The notes: a model not told the origin generated them from the letters alone. 64,000 nt of DNA from the human T2T-CHM13v2.0 reference genome, Homo sapiens (GCF_009914755.1 NC_060930.1); one strand, 5' to 3'. Shown: positions 38,440 through 54,299, counted from the first letter of the stretch. Program-made: numbers and translations.

Positions 38440-39420
38440 AAATGACATGTCTTGTCTTATATAATCTAATGTAAATGGACTTACTTCCTTGATGAAAAAT
38501 TGGATCACAAAACAAAATTCAATTCTTTCTATAAATAAAGGTCACCATCTAAGCAATGTGATTCTTAAAGGTTGAAAATAAAAGGAGTGGCAAGTACACT
38601 CCAAACAAATGCATTTTGAAGGAAAGCAGAGGCTGCAATCTTAATACCAGAGCAGGTGGAACAGCAAATTCATTTTGCATGGGAATAACAACGTGGTTGG
38701 AATTCTCCATCATATAAGAAGATCTATGGTAATTAAGATAGAGAATTTAGGCGCAGAGATAAACAACTATAGTAATTTAATGTAATATATAACCAAGATG
38801 CAGATACATGCATATGTAAAGGCTCGATTCATAACTGAGCTGCCACTGAAGTTTATTGGGGAAATGACTGACTCATCAATAAATTGTTCTGGGAAATTCT
38901 GCTATCTACTCTGGAAGAACAAATACCTCTTTCAAAAGGAAAAAATGCTCAAGTGTAAAAGGCAAATCTATAAACTTTATGAAGAAAATGTAAAAGATTA
39001 TACATATACAATTAGAGCAAGAAGATGTGCTCTTTAACACAAGTGAGAAGAGCTGAAACCACTAAAATTAATTCACGAATTTAAATACATTAAAATAGAG
39101 AATTTGCTACTTATAAAAAAGTGAGTATTAAAACATGCCACCAACTGAAAGACATTTGAAAAAATAAACTTTTTAAATCATTGGAAAATAAAATAAGCTC
39201 CATTTTTCTAAAATGAAGTAAAGATTTCTATAGCACTTCACACAAAAGACAAGTGAATGGCCAATAAACATATTAAAAAATGATAACTTTATAAGTGACT
39301 AAGGAAATGTTTATTAAGGTCAAAGTGATATAGCCTTCCACACTCTTTATTTTGATGAAAATTTAAGTCTGACATTGATTTTGGGGATGGATGTTTTTAA
39401 AAATGATGTTTTATTCATGA
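38440..39420 (+). mobile_element. Degraded old L1M fragments
   Basis: taatgtaaatggacttact, ggttgaaaataaaagg, tggccaataaacatattaaaaaatg. Confidence 0.55.
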
Positions 39421-39488
39421 CCGATAAGTTCAGTTTTCTTATACATTCTGTTCTTCTTTCTGTGTTCAATATTTAATTTAAAAAATTT

Positions 39489-39809
<321 letters not shown>

Positions 39810-40007
39810 TTAAAACCAGACTATAATCCTGTGTTAAAATAAAATCTATGATGTAAAACCGTGGAACTGAAAATACTTGCATATTTTATGTCTCAGAAGC
39901 TGTGATAAGTAAAACATTCGGGTGTATTTGTGATTTTTAAATCCCCATTGAATAGCTTTCAATTTGGATTTATCAAAATCCATTCTCTATATGAAAGTGC
40001 ACATTTT

Positions 40008-40208
40008 CCAAAAAAGTAGCCAGCCGTGGTGGCAGGCACCTGTAGTTCCAGCTACTTAGGAGGCTGAGGCAGGAGAATCCCTTGAACCTAGGAGGTGGAG
40101 CTTGCAGTAAGCCCAGATCAGGCCACTGCACTCCAGCCTGGGTGACAGAGCAAGACTCCGTCTCAAAAAAAAAAAAAAAAAAAAGAAAAAGGAAAAAAAA
40201 AAAAAAAG
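40008..40208 (+). mobile_element. Alu right arm (5'-truncated)
   Basis: tagccagccgtggtggc...ggagcttgcagt; TSD gaaagtgcacattt / gaaagtgtgcattt. Confidence 0.9.
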
Positions 40209-40224
40209 AAAGTGTGCATTTTCA

Positions 40225-40582
40225 CATAAGCAAAGAAACCATGTGGGGGTGGGAAGAAGTTGGTCAAAGAGTAAAATGTTTCAGTTAGACAGTATGCATA
40301 TATTTTGGTGGTACAGTGTGGGGCATGGTGACTATAGCTAATAATAATTAGTTACTTGAAAATTGCTAAGAGAGTAGACCTTAAAAGTTCTAATCATATA
40401 CACATACATGCAGACAACAAACAGTAACTATGTGAGGTGATGGGTATGTTAATGAGCTTGATTGTGGTGATCATTTCAACATGTATGAATATATCAAAAC
40501 ATTCCTTGTATGCCATAAATATGTATAATTTTTATTCATCAATTATATCTCAATAAAGCTGAAAAAAACTTAAATTAAAAAA
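40225..40582 (+). mobile_element. L1MA/MB 3'UTR
   Basis: ttgaaaattgctaagagagtagacctt...aactatgtgaggtgatgg...ctcaataaagctg. Confidence 0.8.
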
Positions 40583-40769
40583 GAAACCATAATTTAAGAT
40601 GAAGGATTACTCTTGCTACCTGTTAGGCATGCCTACTTGTGTTTGGGCAGGTGTGATTTTTTTCACATATAGAATCCAGCTCTCTGTTGGAATCTGATTT
40701 CTCCATAAGAAACAAAGCATTCCTCCTGTTAATATATGTGTCAAACTAACAATAGTTACAAAATATTTG

Positions 40770-41145
40770 CTATACCTCCATCAAGTAGGTCTATTTCTTT
40801 TCCTTTTGAGTTTGGGCTGCCCTTTGACTGCTTAAGCAATAGAATATAGTAGAATGGTACTATGAATTGCTAGATTGGTAATCCTGAGATTCCATTTTTG
40901 AAGTCCTACTATGCTGCAGGATAAACAATTAGGAGAGGGGCTAAGACTATGGAAAAGGAGAGGGACCCAACTGAGCTCAGTTTCTCAGACGTCTCTGTCA
41001 GGTTGGCAGGGAAGTAAGTAAGCATTTTTTAGAATCTTCAAGTACTTAGCTATCAGCTGAATACCACTGAGTGATGCCAGTCAACCAGTCATAGAACACA
41101 GTAAGAATCACCCAGTGAAACCCTTCCCATATCCCTGACCCGCAC
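40770..41145 (+). mobile_element. MLT1 fragment(s)
   Basis: tttgactgctt...aatagaatatagtagaa; cagctgaataccactgagtga...aagaatcaccca. Confidence 0.5.
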
Positions 41146-42489
41146 GGGGGCCTGTATTTTGTGCCCAGTATAGGAGGTAGAAAGTGGAGCAAAGTTCTCC
41201 ATTCCCAAGAAGGTTATATTCTACTTGGTGTAAACAAACTAAAGGACACATCAACAAATTAATTTTAAAGAGGTATAAGTGCTATGAAGGAAACATATAT
41301 GTTACTAAGAGGGTAGTCAAGACATTTAATTTAGATACTGCAATTAGAAAGGCTAAATGCCGTCATCATTGAGATGGTTACATTAAATTTGACATTAGAT
41401 TGGCAAATAGAAAAGTGTGTTCTAAGGAGGAACAGTATAATACTGATCAATTCCTTGATGTAGGAAGCAATTTGATCAAGTGGGAAACTGAATTGCAGTT
41501 GGTCGTCTCTGTAGTATAGTTAAGTAAGGATTTCAGTGGCCCAAGTAGAGGGTAAGATAAAGTAGGTATCAATTCTTGCAAATATTTCACCATGGTGTAC
41601 TAGATGTTGGGATTAATTTTTTCCTATGAGCAATAGAAGGCAATGGATTATCTTAAACAGAAGGACGACATCACTCTAAATACATCTTAAGATGATAATA
41701 TATTTGTTATATTGAAAACAGATTGAAAAAGCATGTTGTTTACTTAATACTTAGTCATCCTCCCAAATCTTATAGCAATACTTATGTAAATACACTATTT
41801 ATATAAATGCATACATTGTGTGGAATGCTGTGCAAGATTGATGAAAAATCCAAAGGACTCATATTTTTTCTTTTATTAGTAATTTATAAGGAAGGACAGA
41901 GGCTGGTGAGCAATTATTGAAGAAAAATCTTTGCAAAACTTGGCTTTAGAAAAAAAATTATCTTAAACCAGTCATAGTTGCAGTAAAAGAATATCACTGA
42001 GACTATGAAACTCTCACACAGTGTGATGTAGTCTGAATTCGGAAAGGATGTTGATATATTCCTAAAAGATGTTTACCTTGAAATGGGACACTCTCTAAAA
42101 AGAAGCTATAATGTACATAGAAGGGAAAAATGAGCTCTAAATTTCATCAAGATATAAATGTAAACATGGATTATCATAGGAAATGAATTAGTGCCATAAT
42201 GTAGATCAAATGTCAATTATCTACATGATCTTTTCTCATCTTTCATTTATAAATTTTAGCACAATTTTTAGAATATGATCAATATTGAAATAGTTGTCTT
42301 AGATGAATGTGTTCTTAAATATGCTTCATAGGCCATTAAATTAAGATGACTCTCATTAGACAAATAGCACATTAAAATAGGCACTAGCATTTTTCACTGT
42401 CACAATCATAATGGACATACAGAGCAATATTTTAACACACAATAATATCATTTGTCTTATTGTGCTGTGTTTTTTTAATAACACATACT

Positions 42490-43980
42490 TATTTTTATTA
42501 TATTTATTGTGGTTGAACACTTAATATATAAAAAGTCCATCTCTTCACACATTTTTAAAGGTAAAATAGAGCATTGTTAACTGTAGGCACGGTGGTGTAC
42601 GGCAGATCTCTACAACATTCATGTTGCATAACTGAAACTTTATAACCAGGAAACAACTCCCCATTTCCCTGTCCCCTTGTCCCCTGGCAGCCACTATTCT
42701 ACTTTCTGCTAGTCTGAGTCTGACTATTTTAGATACCTCATATAAGTGAAATAATGCAGTATTTGTCCTTCTGTAAATGGCTTATTTTGCTTAGCATGTC
42801 TTCAAGGCTTGTACATGTTGTTGCATATTACAGAATATTTTAAAGACCTTAAAGACTGGTAATATTCTGCTGTCATGTATAAACCACATTTTCTTCATCC
42901 ATTTTTCTGTCAATGGATGGTTTAAGTTGTTTATATACATTGGCTCATTAGACAAATAGCAAATTTTGTAAATAGCGCTGCAATGAATACTGACATGCTA
43001 TTATTTCTTTGATGTCTTGTTTTATATTCTTCTGGATAAATGGCTGGAAATAGAATAATGTGGGAATTCTATGGTTAATTTTTTAAAAACTGCCATACTG
43101 TTTTCCATGAAAGGCGCATCATTTTGCATTCTCCCCAATAATGTAGAAGAGGTACAATTTCACCATATCCCCAGCAACACTTATCTTTCATTTTTTTGAT
43201 AATAGCCATCTTAACTGGTGTGAGATGATATCTCACTGTGGTTTTGAATATGCATGTCCCTGAAGATTAATGACATTGAGCAATTTTTCATGTACCCATT
43301 GGCCACTTGTAAGTCTTTGGAAAAATGTTATTCAATTATTTAGCCTGTTTTCTATCGGGTTATGAGTTCTGTATGCATTTTGGAAATTAATTATCTATCT
43401 TATATATAGTTTGCAAATATTATCTACATTGCATAGGTTGCCTTTTACTCTGTTGAATTATTTGCTTGCTATGCTGGAGCTTTTTAGTTCAATAGACCTG
43501 ACTTAGTTTATAGCCGCAATTGCCTATTTTTACTTTTTCTGCCTATAGTTTTGATGTCATATCTACAAAATCATTGCCAAAACCAATTTCAAAAAAACCT
43601 TTTCCTTGTTTTTTTCCCCTAGGAATTTAAAAAATTGAGATCTTATGTGTAAGTGTAAATCTATTTCGAGTTGACTTTTTGTGTATATGATAAGATATGA
43701 GTCTAATTTTTGCATGTGGATATTCAGGTTTTTCAATATCATTTATTGAAGAAACTATCCTTTCCCATTGTGAATTATTTACATCCTTGTAGAAAAACAA
43801 TTGGCCATGTATGTATTGGTTTATTTCTTGGCCTTCTATTCTGTTTCATTGTTCTATATGTCTGCCTTTATACCAGTGCCATACTGTTTTAATTACCATG
43901 GGTTTTAATGTATTTTGAAATCATGAAGTGGGTTGCCTCAAATTTGTTTTTCTTGCTCAAGATTGTTCTGTATATTTGTG
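42490..43980 (-). mobile_element. L1MB-like 3' end
   Basis: Antisense 3'UTR (tttagatacctcatataagtgaaataatgcagtattt) and ORF2 end. Confidence 0.85.
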
Positions 43981-45090
43981 GTTAATATCTAAAATATGCA
44001 ATGAACTCCTACAACTTGATAATAAAATACCAAGTAATCTGATTTAAAAATGGACAAAAGACCTCAATAAATATTTTTCAAAAAGACTTATAAATTTCCA
44101 ACAGGTATATAAAAAATTTATCAATGTCACTAATCATCATTGAAATGCAAATCAAAACTACAGTAAGATATTTCCTTTTACTTCTTAGAATGGCAATTAT
44201 CAAAATGATAAGAGATAACAAGTGTTGGTGAAGATGCGCAGAAAAGGGAACTCTTGCATACTGTTGGTGGGGTTATAAATTGGCATGGTCATTATTGAGA
44301 AAAATATGGAGGTTCTTCAAAAAATTAAAAATAGAATTACTATATGATCTAGCAATTCTATTTCTGGGAATATATCCATAGGAAATTAAATTACTGTCTT
44401 GAAGTAATATCTACACTTCTTTGTTCACTGTTGCATTTGTCACAAAAACTGTTATAGAAGTAAACTGAATGCCCATTAATGACTGGATGAAGAAATGTGA
44501 TATACACAGATCATATATATTGGAATAATGTTCAGCCATAAAAAGAAAGAAATCTTGCCCTTCTTTCATTTCACATAATGTCCTGTGGGTTTATCCATGT
44601 TGTCACATAGATGAACCTGCAGGACATTTTGTGAAATTAAACAATCCAGACACAGAAAGACAAATATACCATGATCTCAATTATATTTGTAATCTAAAAA
44701 AGTTGAACTTATAAAGGCAGAAAGTAGAATAGTGGCTGTCAGAGGAGACATGGGGAGATGTTCAAAGAGCATAAACTTTCAGTTATAAGTTGAATATGTT
44801 TTGGGAACCTAAAGTACAACATGGTTACTACAGTTGATATACTGCATTGTTTACTTGAAATTTGATAACAGAATAGATTATAAGTGTCCTCACTCTCTTA
44901 CACATGCAAATAATTGCAACTACAGGTGGTGTTGGATGTGTTAAATTATTTGCCTTTGATAATCAATACACTGTATATACACACACACATATATATATAC
45001 ATACACACACACATATATATATATACACATCAATGAGTGTGTATCAAATTATCATGTTGTACACATTGGGCATATACATTTTGTCAATTA
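43981..45090 (+). mobile_element. L1MA-like 3' end
   Basis: gttaatatctaaaatatg...gaaatgcaaatcaaaact...cacagaaagacaaatat; 3'UTR with (CA)/(TA) expansion. Confidence 0.85.
44568..44637. repeat. 70-bp hairpin (33-bp arms, 4-nt loop) inside L1
   Basis: atttcacataatgtcctgtgggtttatccatgt-TGTC-acatagatgaacctgcaggacattttgtgaaat; 28/33 Watson-Crick. Confidence 0.93.
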
Positions 45091-45096
45091 AGTACG

Positions 45097-45225
45097 TTTT
45101 TTTTTTTCAGAGATGGGTTCTCAGTATATTACCCAGGCTGGTTTCAAATTCCTGGGCTCAAGTGATCCTCCTACCCTGGCCTCTCAAATTGCTTGGACCA
45201 CAAGTGTGAGCTACTTTGCTCAGTC
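45097..45225 (-). mobile_element. FLAM/AluJ monomer
   Basis: ttcagagatgggttctc...ctgggctcaagtgatcctcc. Confidence 0.8.
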
Positions 45226-45664
45226 TATCAAGACTTTCTACTTTAATATGTTGATATAATTATATAAATTTTTTCATGTATTATGTTAATGTGGTAAACT
45301 ATATAGTTTGATTTTCAAATGTTGAACTAAATTTTCATTTTTGAAATAAATCAAGTTTAGCTGTAATATATTATCTTTTTAAATAAAGGACTATATTTGG
45401 TTTAATATTTTGTTTAGCATTTTGCATCAATGTTTATGAAGGATTGGTTCTAATTTTCCTTCTTAAATGCTTTTTAATGTAAGTTTTATCCTTCTAACTA
45501 TAGTAATTTTAGGATCTACAGTGATGTCTCTTTCTTAACCTTAATATTGGTAACTGATACATGCACTTCTTAGTCTTTACTGGTCTTCCTTACTTTTAAG
45601 AATTTTATTGGATCAGCAGTCTTCAACATGTGATTGCAGAACTCTATGGATCCCTGAGACATAT

Positions 45665-46246
45665 TGTGGGAAAGAGAGTTTCTGGAGTGCCAGATGAGTT
45701 GGTCTCCCCTGTGTGAGACACCCATGGGAAGCCATTGGTGGCCTCTGAGGAGAAAAGTCTCCTTATTGCCTTCCTGTCTTTATGCCCCAAGAGATAACTG
45801 CTCAGCGGCATTCCACAGGTTGCTCAGGGAGATAACACTCCCTTGAAGCAGTGGAGTAAAATCAAACATCTTGGCTCCTCCTGAAACCCGCTCCCACCCA
45901 TTTCAGTCCCAATAAGTTAAAGATCTTAAGTAGTTTAGACACTCGCCTTTGCTCAAGGAAATTCAGGGAAACCGCCACTACTATACATCTTATTGAATGA
46001 CTCACAAGTTCTCCTTCATTGATTAATTCTTTTCCTCATCCCTTCTTCCCCCTCCCATGTGCCCTAAGAGCAAAGAGCTTATAAACCAATAAATTGGGTG
46101 AAGGCCGAGAGCTAGGGGCCCTGAGCAAGCCTCCGATGCTCCAGTCCCCTTGACCTTTTAAACTCTTATTCTGTCTCTTTCTAACTCCTTTGTCTCCGCT
46201 GGACTTGGGGTACCCACCGGGTGGTGTGGGGCTGGTTTCCCCAACA
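45665..46246 (+). mobile_element. 5' LTR (LTR14C-like)
   Basis: TGTGGGAAAGAGAG...TTTCCCCAACA; contains AP-1 motif TGACTCA and AATAAA; about 10% divergent from the 3' LTR (~59 substitutions counted by eye). Confidence 0.93.
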
Positions 46247-46248
46247 TC

Positions 46249-46266
46249 TGGTGCCCAATGCGGGGC
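46249..46266 (+). promoter_or_regulatory. Primer binding site, tRNA-Lys
   Basis: TGGTGCCCAATGCGGGGC versus canonical TGGCGCCCAACGTGGGGC (15/18). Confidence 0.9.
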
Positions 46267-46416
46267 TCCACATAATCCCTACAAATAATCCGGTGAAGGA
46301 ACGCCAGAGCGTGGAAAGTGGAGGACTACTGACAAAGGATGCTTGAGTACGTTTTCACTTCAAGCTCTACCTGTAAGTAGGGCGCTCAGAGAATTCCAGG
46401 GTAACCTCGGGAAAGT

Positions 46417-48060
46417 ATGGGTCAGGCTAAGAGTAAGTTTGCTAATTACTTAAGCCTGGTGCGGCCGTTATTGCGCTGCGGAGGGGTAATTGTGAGTACC
46501 CAATATCTCACATCTTTGTTCCATCTGGTAGAAAAGTATTCTCCTTGGTTCCCGGAATATGGAACCATGAATGTAAAAGATTGGGACAAGGTCGGATCAG
46601 ACTTAAAACCAGCACAACAAGAGGGCCACGATATTCCCTTCTCCTTTTGGTCTGTGTGGTCGGCAATTAAAACAGCACTGGAGCCCTTCCACACTGAGGA
46701 GGAGGAGGAGGAGTTTCAGGATGACATAGATAAGTTTAATAATCAGGAGTCCGATGATCAGCAAAGTGAACCATCACAGTCTAGTTTTAAAAAGGGGGAG
46801 AAATGGGAAGGTATATATGCTAACTTCCAGAAACTTATGAAAAAACAGTTCCACCTACTGCAGAAACAGTGCCACCTACTATGCCTTTAGGGGAAGGTCC
46901 AGAATGGCCACCCCCGCCTCGGCTTTATGAATTTTTGAAACAGGGAGCCTGAGGAAGGGAGGCTTGCTGCTCCCAAGGTTGCACGCCTCGCTGTTAACTA
47001 TGGCGAAGGGAAGCTTCAGGCTTGCCCAACAGCCAATTACGGTGAGGGAATGATCCCGGCTTGTCCACCTGTTAATTATGGTAGAGGAATGCTGCAAGCC
47101 GGCCCAAATACAAATTATGGCACAGGGAAAATCCAGGCAGCCATTCACCAGGCACGAGAAATAGGGGATTTGGATGCTTGGCAGTTTCCAGTAATTATTT
47201 CTTCGGCTGAGGAGCCCGGAGAACATGCTCAAGCACGCTGGGAGCCATTTCCTTTTAAAATATTAAGACTTAAAGTAAGCCATTGGAAAATATGGGCCAA
47301 ATTCTCCTTATGTTCATTCCTTGTTACAATCTGTGGCTTATAACCGGCGTTTAAAACCTCTGGATTGGGAGTCATTAGCCCGATCCACCCTGTACCCCTC
47401 TGAATTTCTCCAACTTAAAACCTGGTGGATGGATGAAGCAACAAATCAGGCACGCAGAAATGTTCAAGCCCAACCTCCTGTTAATAGCACATCTGATCAA
47501 TTGCTTGGAATCGGACAGGCATGGGGTACTCTCAATCAACAGATGGTAGTGGGTGATGAAGCTGTTGATCAGCTCAGAACTATATGCCTAAGAGCCTGGG
47601 AAAAAAAATTTACGACTCTGGTACTACTTATCCTTCTTTTAACTCAGTTCAACAGGGTCCAAGGAAGCCTTATCTAGATTTTACCGCCTGTTTGCAAGAC
47701 GCGGCTCAAAAGTCTATTTCGGATTTTCATGCCAGGAAAGTGATTGTTCAGCTGCTTCCTTATGAAAATGCTAATACAGAATGTCAGGCAGCAATTAGAC
47801 CTATTAAGGGAAAGGCAGATCTAAATGAGGAAAAATCTTAAGTGAATACATTAAAGCCTGCGATGACATTGGGGGGCATTTAGATAAGGCCAGCCTCCTT
47901 GCTCAGGCAATGGTTGGACTAAACGTAACAAAAAGCACATGAATGTTCCCTGGATCTTGCTATAATTGTGGACAGATAGGACATACAAAAAGAGAGTGTA
48001 CAAAGAGCCAAAAAAGGCAAAACTCGGGACTGGGCCCCTATACAAAGCGGGGCATTCCCA
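46417..48060 (+). pseudogene. gag: HERV-K gag, frameshifted, second zinc knuckle absent
   Basis: MGQAKSK (myristoylation Gly); PWFPEYGT..DW (matrix); QGPRKPYLDF (MHR); YENANTECQ; CYNCGQIGHTKREC; split over several ORFs. Confidence 0.93.
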
Positions 48061-48667
48061 ATTCAGGACTAGATGTCCCCGACTCCAAAGGGAGTGTTCC
48101 CAGCCCAGTGTATCCCTGTACAAATGTACAGCAATTGTCCCCCTCCATAGCTAAAAGTAGGGCAGTAGATTTATGCTGTACCGAAGCCATATCCCTCCTT
48201 CTTGGGGAGCCTCCTAGGAAGGTCCCAACGGGAGTTTACAGTCCATTGCCAAACGGCACGGTGGGACTTACAATGGGAAGGTCCAGCTTAAACTTAAAGG
48301 GAATTCAAGTACATACTGGAGTACTGGACTTTGATTGCCAGGGATAAATTCAAATTGTTATCTCCTCCACTGTTCCCTGGAGTGCTAATCCAGGTGACAG
48401 AATAGCTCAACTGTTGCTTTTACCATATGTTAAGTTAGGAGAAAACTCAGAAAAAAGAACAGGAGGATTTGGAAGCACAAATTCAGCAGGCAAAGCTGCC
48501 TATTGGGTAAATCAAGTCTCTGACAATAGACCTATTTGTATGGTCACTATTCAAGGAAAACAATTTGAGGGTCTGGTTGACACAGGAACAGATGTGTCAA
48601 TCATAGCTCTTTATCAGTGGCCAAAAAACTGGCCCCCAAAAAAGGCCCCAGTGGGTCTTATTGGGGT
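48030..48667 (+). pseudogene. pro: HERV-K pro: dUTPase plus N-terminal half of protease
   Basis: AVDL, GRSS, GVLDFD, DRIAQL, RTGGFGST motifs, then GLVDTGTDVSII; one in-frame TAA at 48345-47; truncated after GLIGV. Confidence 0.93.
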
Positions 48668-48743
48668 CGAGGGTTTGCTTGTATCTCACCAGGAGAGAAT
48701 CAGCTTTCTATCTGGGTACCCACAAGACATCTTAAGCTGTGCC

Positions 48744-51074
<2,331 letters not shown>

Positions 51075-51115
51075 TAGCAATGGCATTTATTAATTTAAAA
51101 AAAATTAATAGAGGT

Positions 51116-51129
51116 AAAAAAGGGGGACA
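51116..51129 (+). promoter_or_regulatory. Polypurine tract
   Basis: aaaaaagggggaca directly before the 3' LTR. Confidence 0.88.
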
Positions 51130-51714
51130 TATGGGAAAGAATTTCTGGAGTGCCAAATGAGTTGGTCTCCCCTGTGTGAGACACCCATGGGGAGCCATGG
51201 GTGGCCTCTGAGGAGAAAAGTCTCCTTATTATCTTCATGTCTTTATGCCGCGAGAACATAACCACTCAGTGGCATTTCACAGGTTGCTCAGGGAGATAAC
51301 ACTCCCTTGAAGCAATGGAGTCTAATCAAACATCTTGGCTCCTCCTGAAACCTGCTCCCACCCATTTCAGTCCCGATAAGTTAAAGTCCTTAAGTAGTTT
51401 AGACACACACCTTTGCTCAAGGAAATTCACAGAAACTGCCACTGCTATACATCTTATTGAATGACTCACGAGTTCTCCTTCATTGATTAATCCTTTTCCT
51501 TATCCCTTCCTCCCCCTCATATCTGCCCTAAGAACAAAGAGCTTGTAAACCAATAAATTAGGTGGAGCAGAAGAGCTCTGGGCAATGAGCAAGTCTCCCA
51601 TGCTCCAGTCCCCTGGACCCACCTTTTAAACTCTTACTCTGTCTCTTTCTAATTCATTTGTCTCTGCTGGACTCAGGGTACCTGCCGGGAGGTGTGGGGC
51701 TGGTTTCCCCAACA
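51130..51714 (+). mobile_element. 3' LTR (LTR14C-like)
   Basis: TATGGGAAAGA...TTTCCCCAACA, direct repeat of 45665-46246. Confidence 0.93.
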
Positions 51715-52111
51715 CATATTTAGTGGACCTGCAAGGTCAAAGTAATTTTCATAGCAATACTAACATATGATTTGCCTTTTTCACTGGTTCACTGTGTTGA
51801 CATTTGTACTGATAGTGCAAAAGTAATGGTGTGTCATTTAGTAAAAATTATTTCTGTTTACCCTCAACCTTTGAGTATACATCTTTTTAAAGTTCTGTAT
51901 GACAAAATGGGAAGTACATTTATAATGCTTCTGCTGTGTTCCAGAGTCAGATGGATAGCTCAAGGAAAACATTTGTGCAGTTAAGTCATCAGCTGATCTA
52001 GTCAATTTTCATGGAATACCACTTTTACCTGAAAGAAAAACATGACAGAAAAATATAATTATTCACACTTAGATATTTGGAAGATAGTTTCCCATAATTG
52101 AATGTGGTAAG

Positions 52112-52427
52112 TTTTTGTTTGTTTGTTTGTTTGTTTGTTTGTTTGAGATGGAGTCTTGCTCTGTCACCCAGGCTGGAGAGCAGTGGCACGATCTCAGCTC
52201 ACTGCAAGCTCCACCTCCCAGGTTCATGCCATTCTTCTTCCTCAAGCCTCCTGAGTAGCTGGGACTATAGGCATTCACCAACATGCCTGGCTAATTTTTT
52301 TGTATTTTTAGTAGAGACCGGATTTCACCATGTTAGCCAGGATGATCTCGAGCTGCTGACCTCGTGATCCTCCCACCTTGGCCTCCCAAAGTGCTGGGAT
52401 TACAGGTGTGAGCCGCCATGCCTGGCC
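52112..52427 (-). mobile_element. AluY-like
   Basis: ctgcaagctccacctcccaggttcatgccattc; (TTTG)n tail. Confidence 0.93.
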
Positions 52428-53781
52428 AGTAAATGCAGTAGGTCTTTAACTTCAAAGTAAATAACTGATAGTCTTGTTGCTAATTATAAAATTTGAGCTT
52501 TCAACCAAAAAGTAGAATGTAGGAAAAGGTGTATCTTCCACAATGAGCTTGATTGTTTCTTAGTATTTAAAATTTTCCTTACTGAAGAGATGTTTAAAGG
52601 TATTAGTGAATGTGACATATTGGTATTGTATAATGATATGTCTCAGCATTTTAAATTATACATAACTAATGGAATAAATATTTTCCAAATGACCAATGAA
52701 TGATGTTACAAAATCGTGTATGGATACAAAATCTATTCAATGTTCAATATTGCTCCAGAGATTTTAATTTAAAAGTATATAAAAAATCATTGATAAGGTT
52801 TCAAATTCTATGTGTAAGAAACTAACCAATTCATAAAGATTAGTTTAACTTTTCAGTTGTTGGAGAGTAATACGAAAGAAAATCCACAATTATCTGAAGA
52901 GTATATTAAAATCGTCTTTGCTATTCTAAATTTGTATCTTCCTGAGGCCAAATCTTCTTCAATGCTTCAGTCAAAATAGCATATACAGAAAATAGAATAC
53001 AGAAGAAAATATAAGAATTCAGCTGTCTTCTATTAAGCCAGATACAGAAGATATTTTTAAAATATAAAACAATACCAGTCTTCTGCCTGCAGTTTTTTTT
53101 TTGTTTGTTTGGAGAAAATATAAGCATTTTCATAAAAATATATGATTTATGTTAACATGTAACCAGTTTATTATAGTTACTTTTAAACAATTTATTGAAT
53201 AACTCATTCTTAAATGTTTTGATTTAATTTTTAATACAGCAGATATCTTCAGTGATCCAATGGAACGCCTGATTCTCTTAGGTCCCCTGCTGCTTGGTAG
53301 GTCCTGAACTCTAAGATTAGGCCCTAGCCTTTTGGAAATAGATAAATCTGTGCTCATCTTTTCAGCTTCTTGTCTGCTGCTTTCTATCCAAAATATGTAC
53401 TGTCAGGGTTAATAATTGGCAAATGTCATGATGCAAAACTTTACAGAATATTGGTTTCACCTTTGACTTTTCCTTCTCTAGGAATCTTAGCCTTGAAGTC
53501 CTCTAACTTGCATTGATAGCTAACCAATGCCTTCAAACATTAAAAAAAATCTTATGCACGTGTTCTAGTTTTTCTTGGTGGAAGATTGACCTATGATAAA
53601 GTTGTTCTTTATAGACTAAAGTGGAACTCTCTCATGAGCATCTATGGTGAAGTAATAACAGAATATTTTTTTCCAAGTTTCCCCAAATGATTCTACCACA
53701 TGGTCAATGTTGCAATGGTTCTGTGGAAGCAATACAGGAATTTCAATTGCATAGGCCTGAATCCAACCTTGTTTATCCAAG

Positions 53782-54299
53782 TGATGAGTAATTTTATGTG
53801 TTGACTGGGTTACTGGGTACCCAGATACATGGTCAAATTTATTCTGAGTGTTTCCATGAGATTGTTTTTGGATAGGATCAACATGTCCATTGGTAGAATA
53901 AATAAAGCAGATTGCCCTCCCTAATGTGGATAGTCCTCCCAATCAGTTGAAGTCTTCAATAGAACAAAATGACTGACCTTTCTTTGGGTAAGAGATAATT
54001 CTTCCTGCGTGATGGCCTTTGAACTGCATTTTTCCTGCCTTAGACTTGAATTTCTTGAAGTATTTACTCTTCCTTGATTTCACACCTTACAGCCTTCAAA
54101 AACCATTGGTTCTTCTGATTCTCAACCCTTCTAACTCAAACTGAAACTACACCATTGGCTCTCTTGGGTATCAGTTTGCTAACTCACCCTGCAGATGTTG
54201 GCACTTGCCAGCTGCCATCATCACATGAGCAATTTCTTACTATAAACCTCTTAAAAGATGACTAGATAGAAACATATCTAGCTAGCTAGCTAGCTAGAT

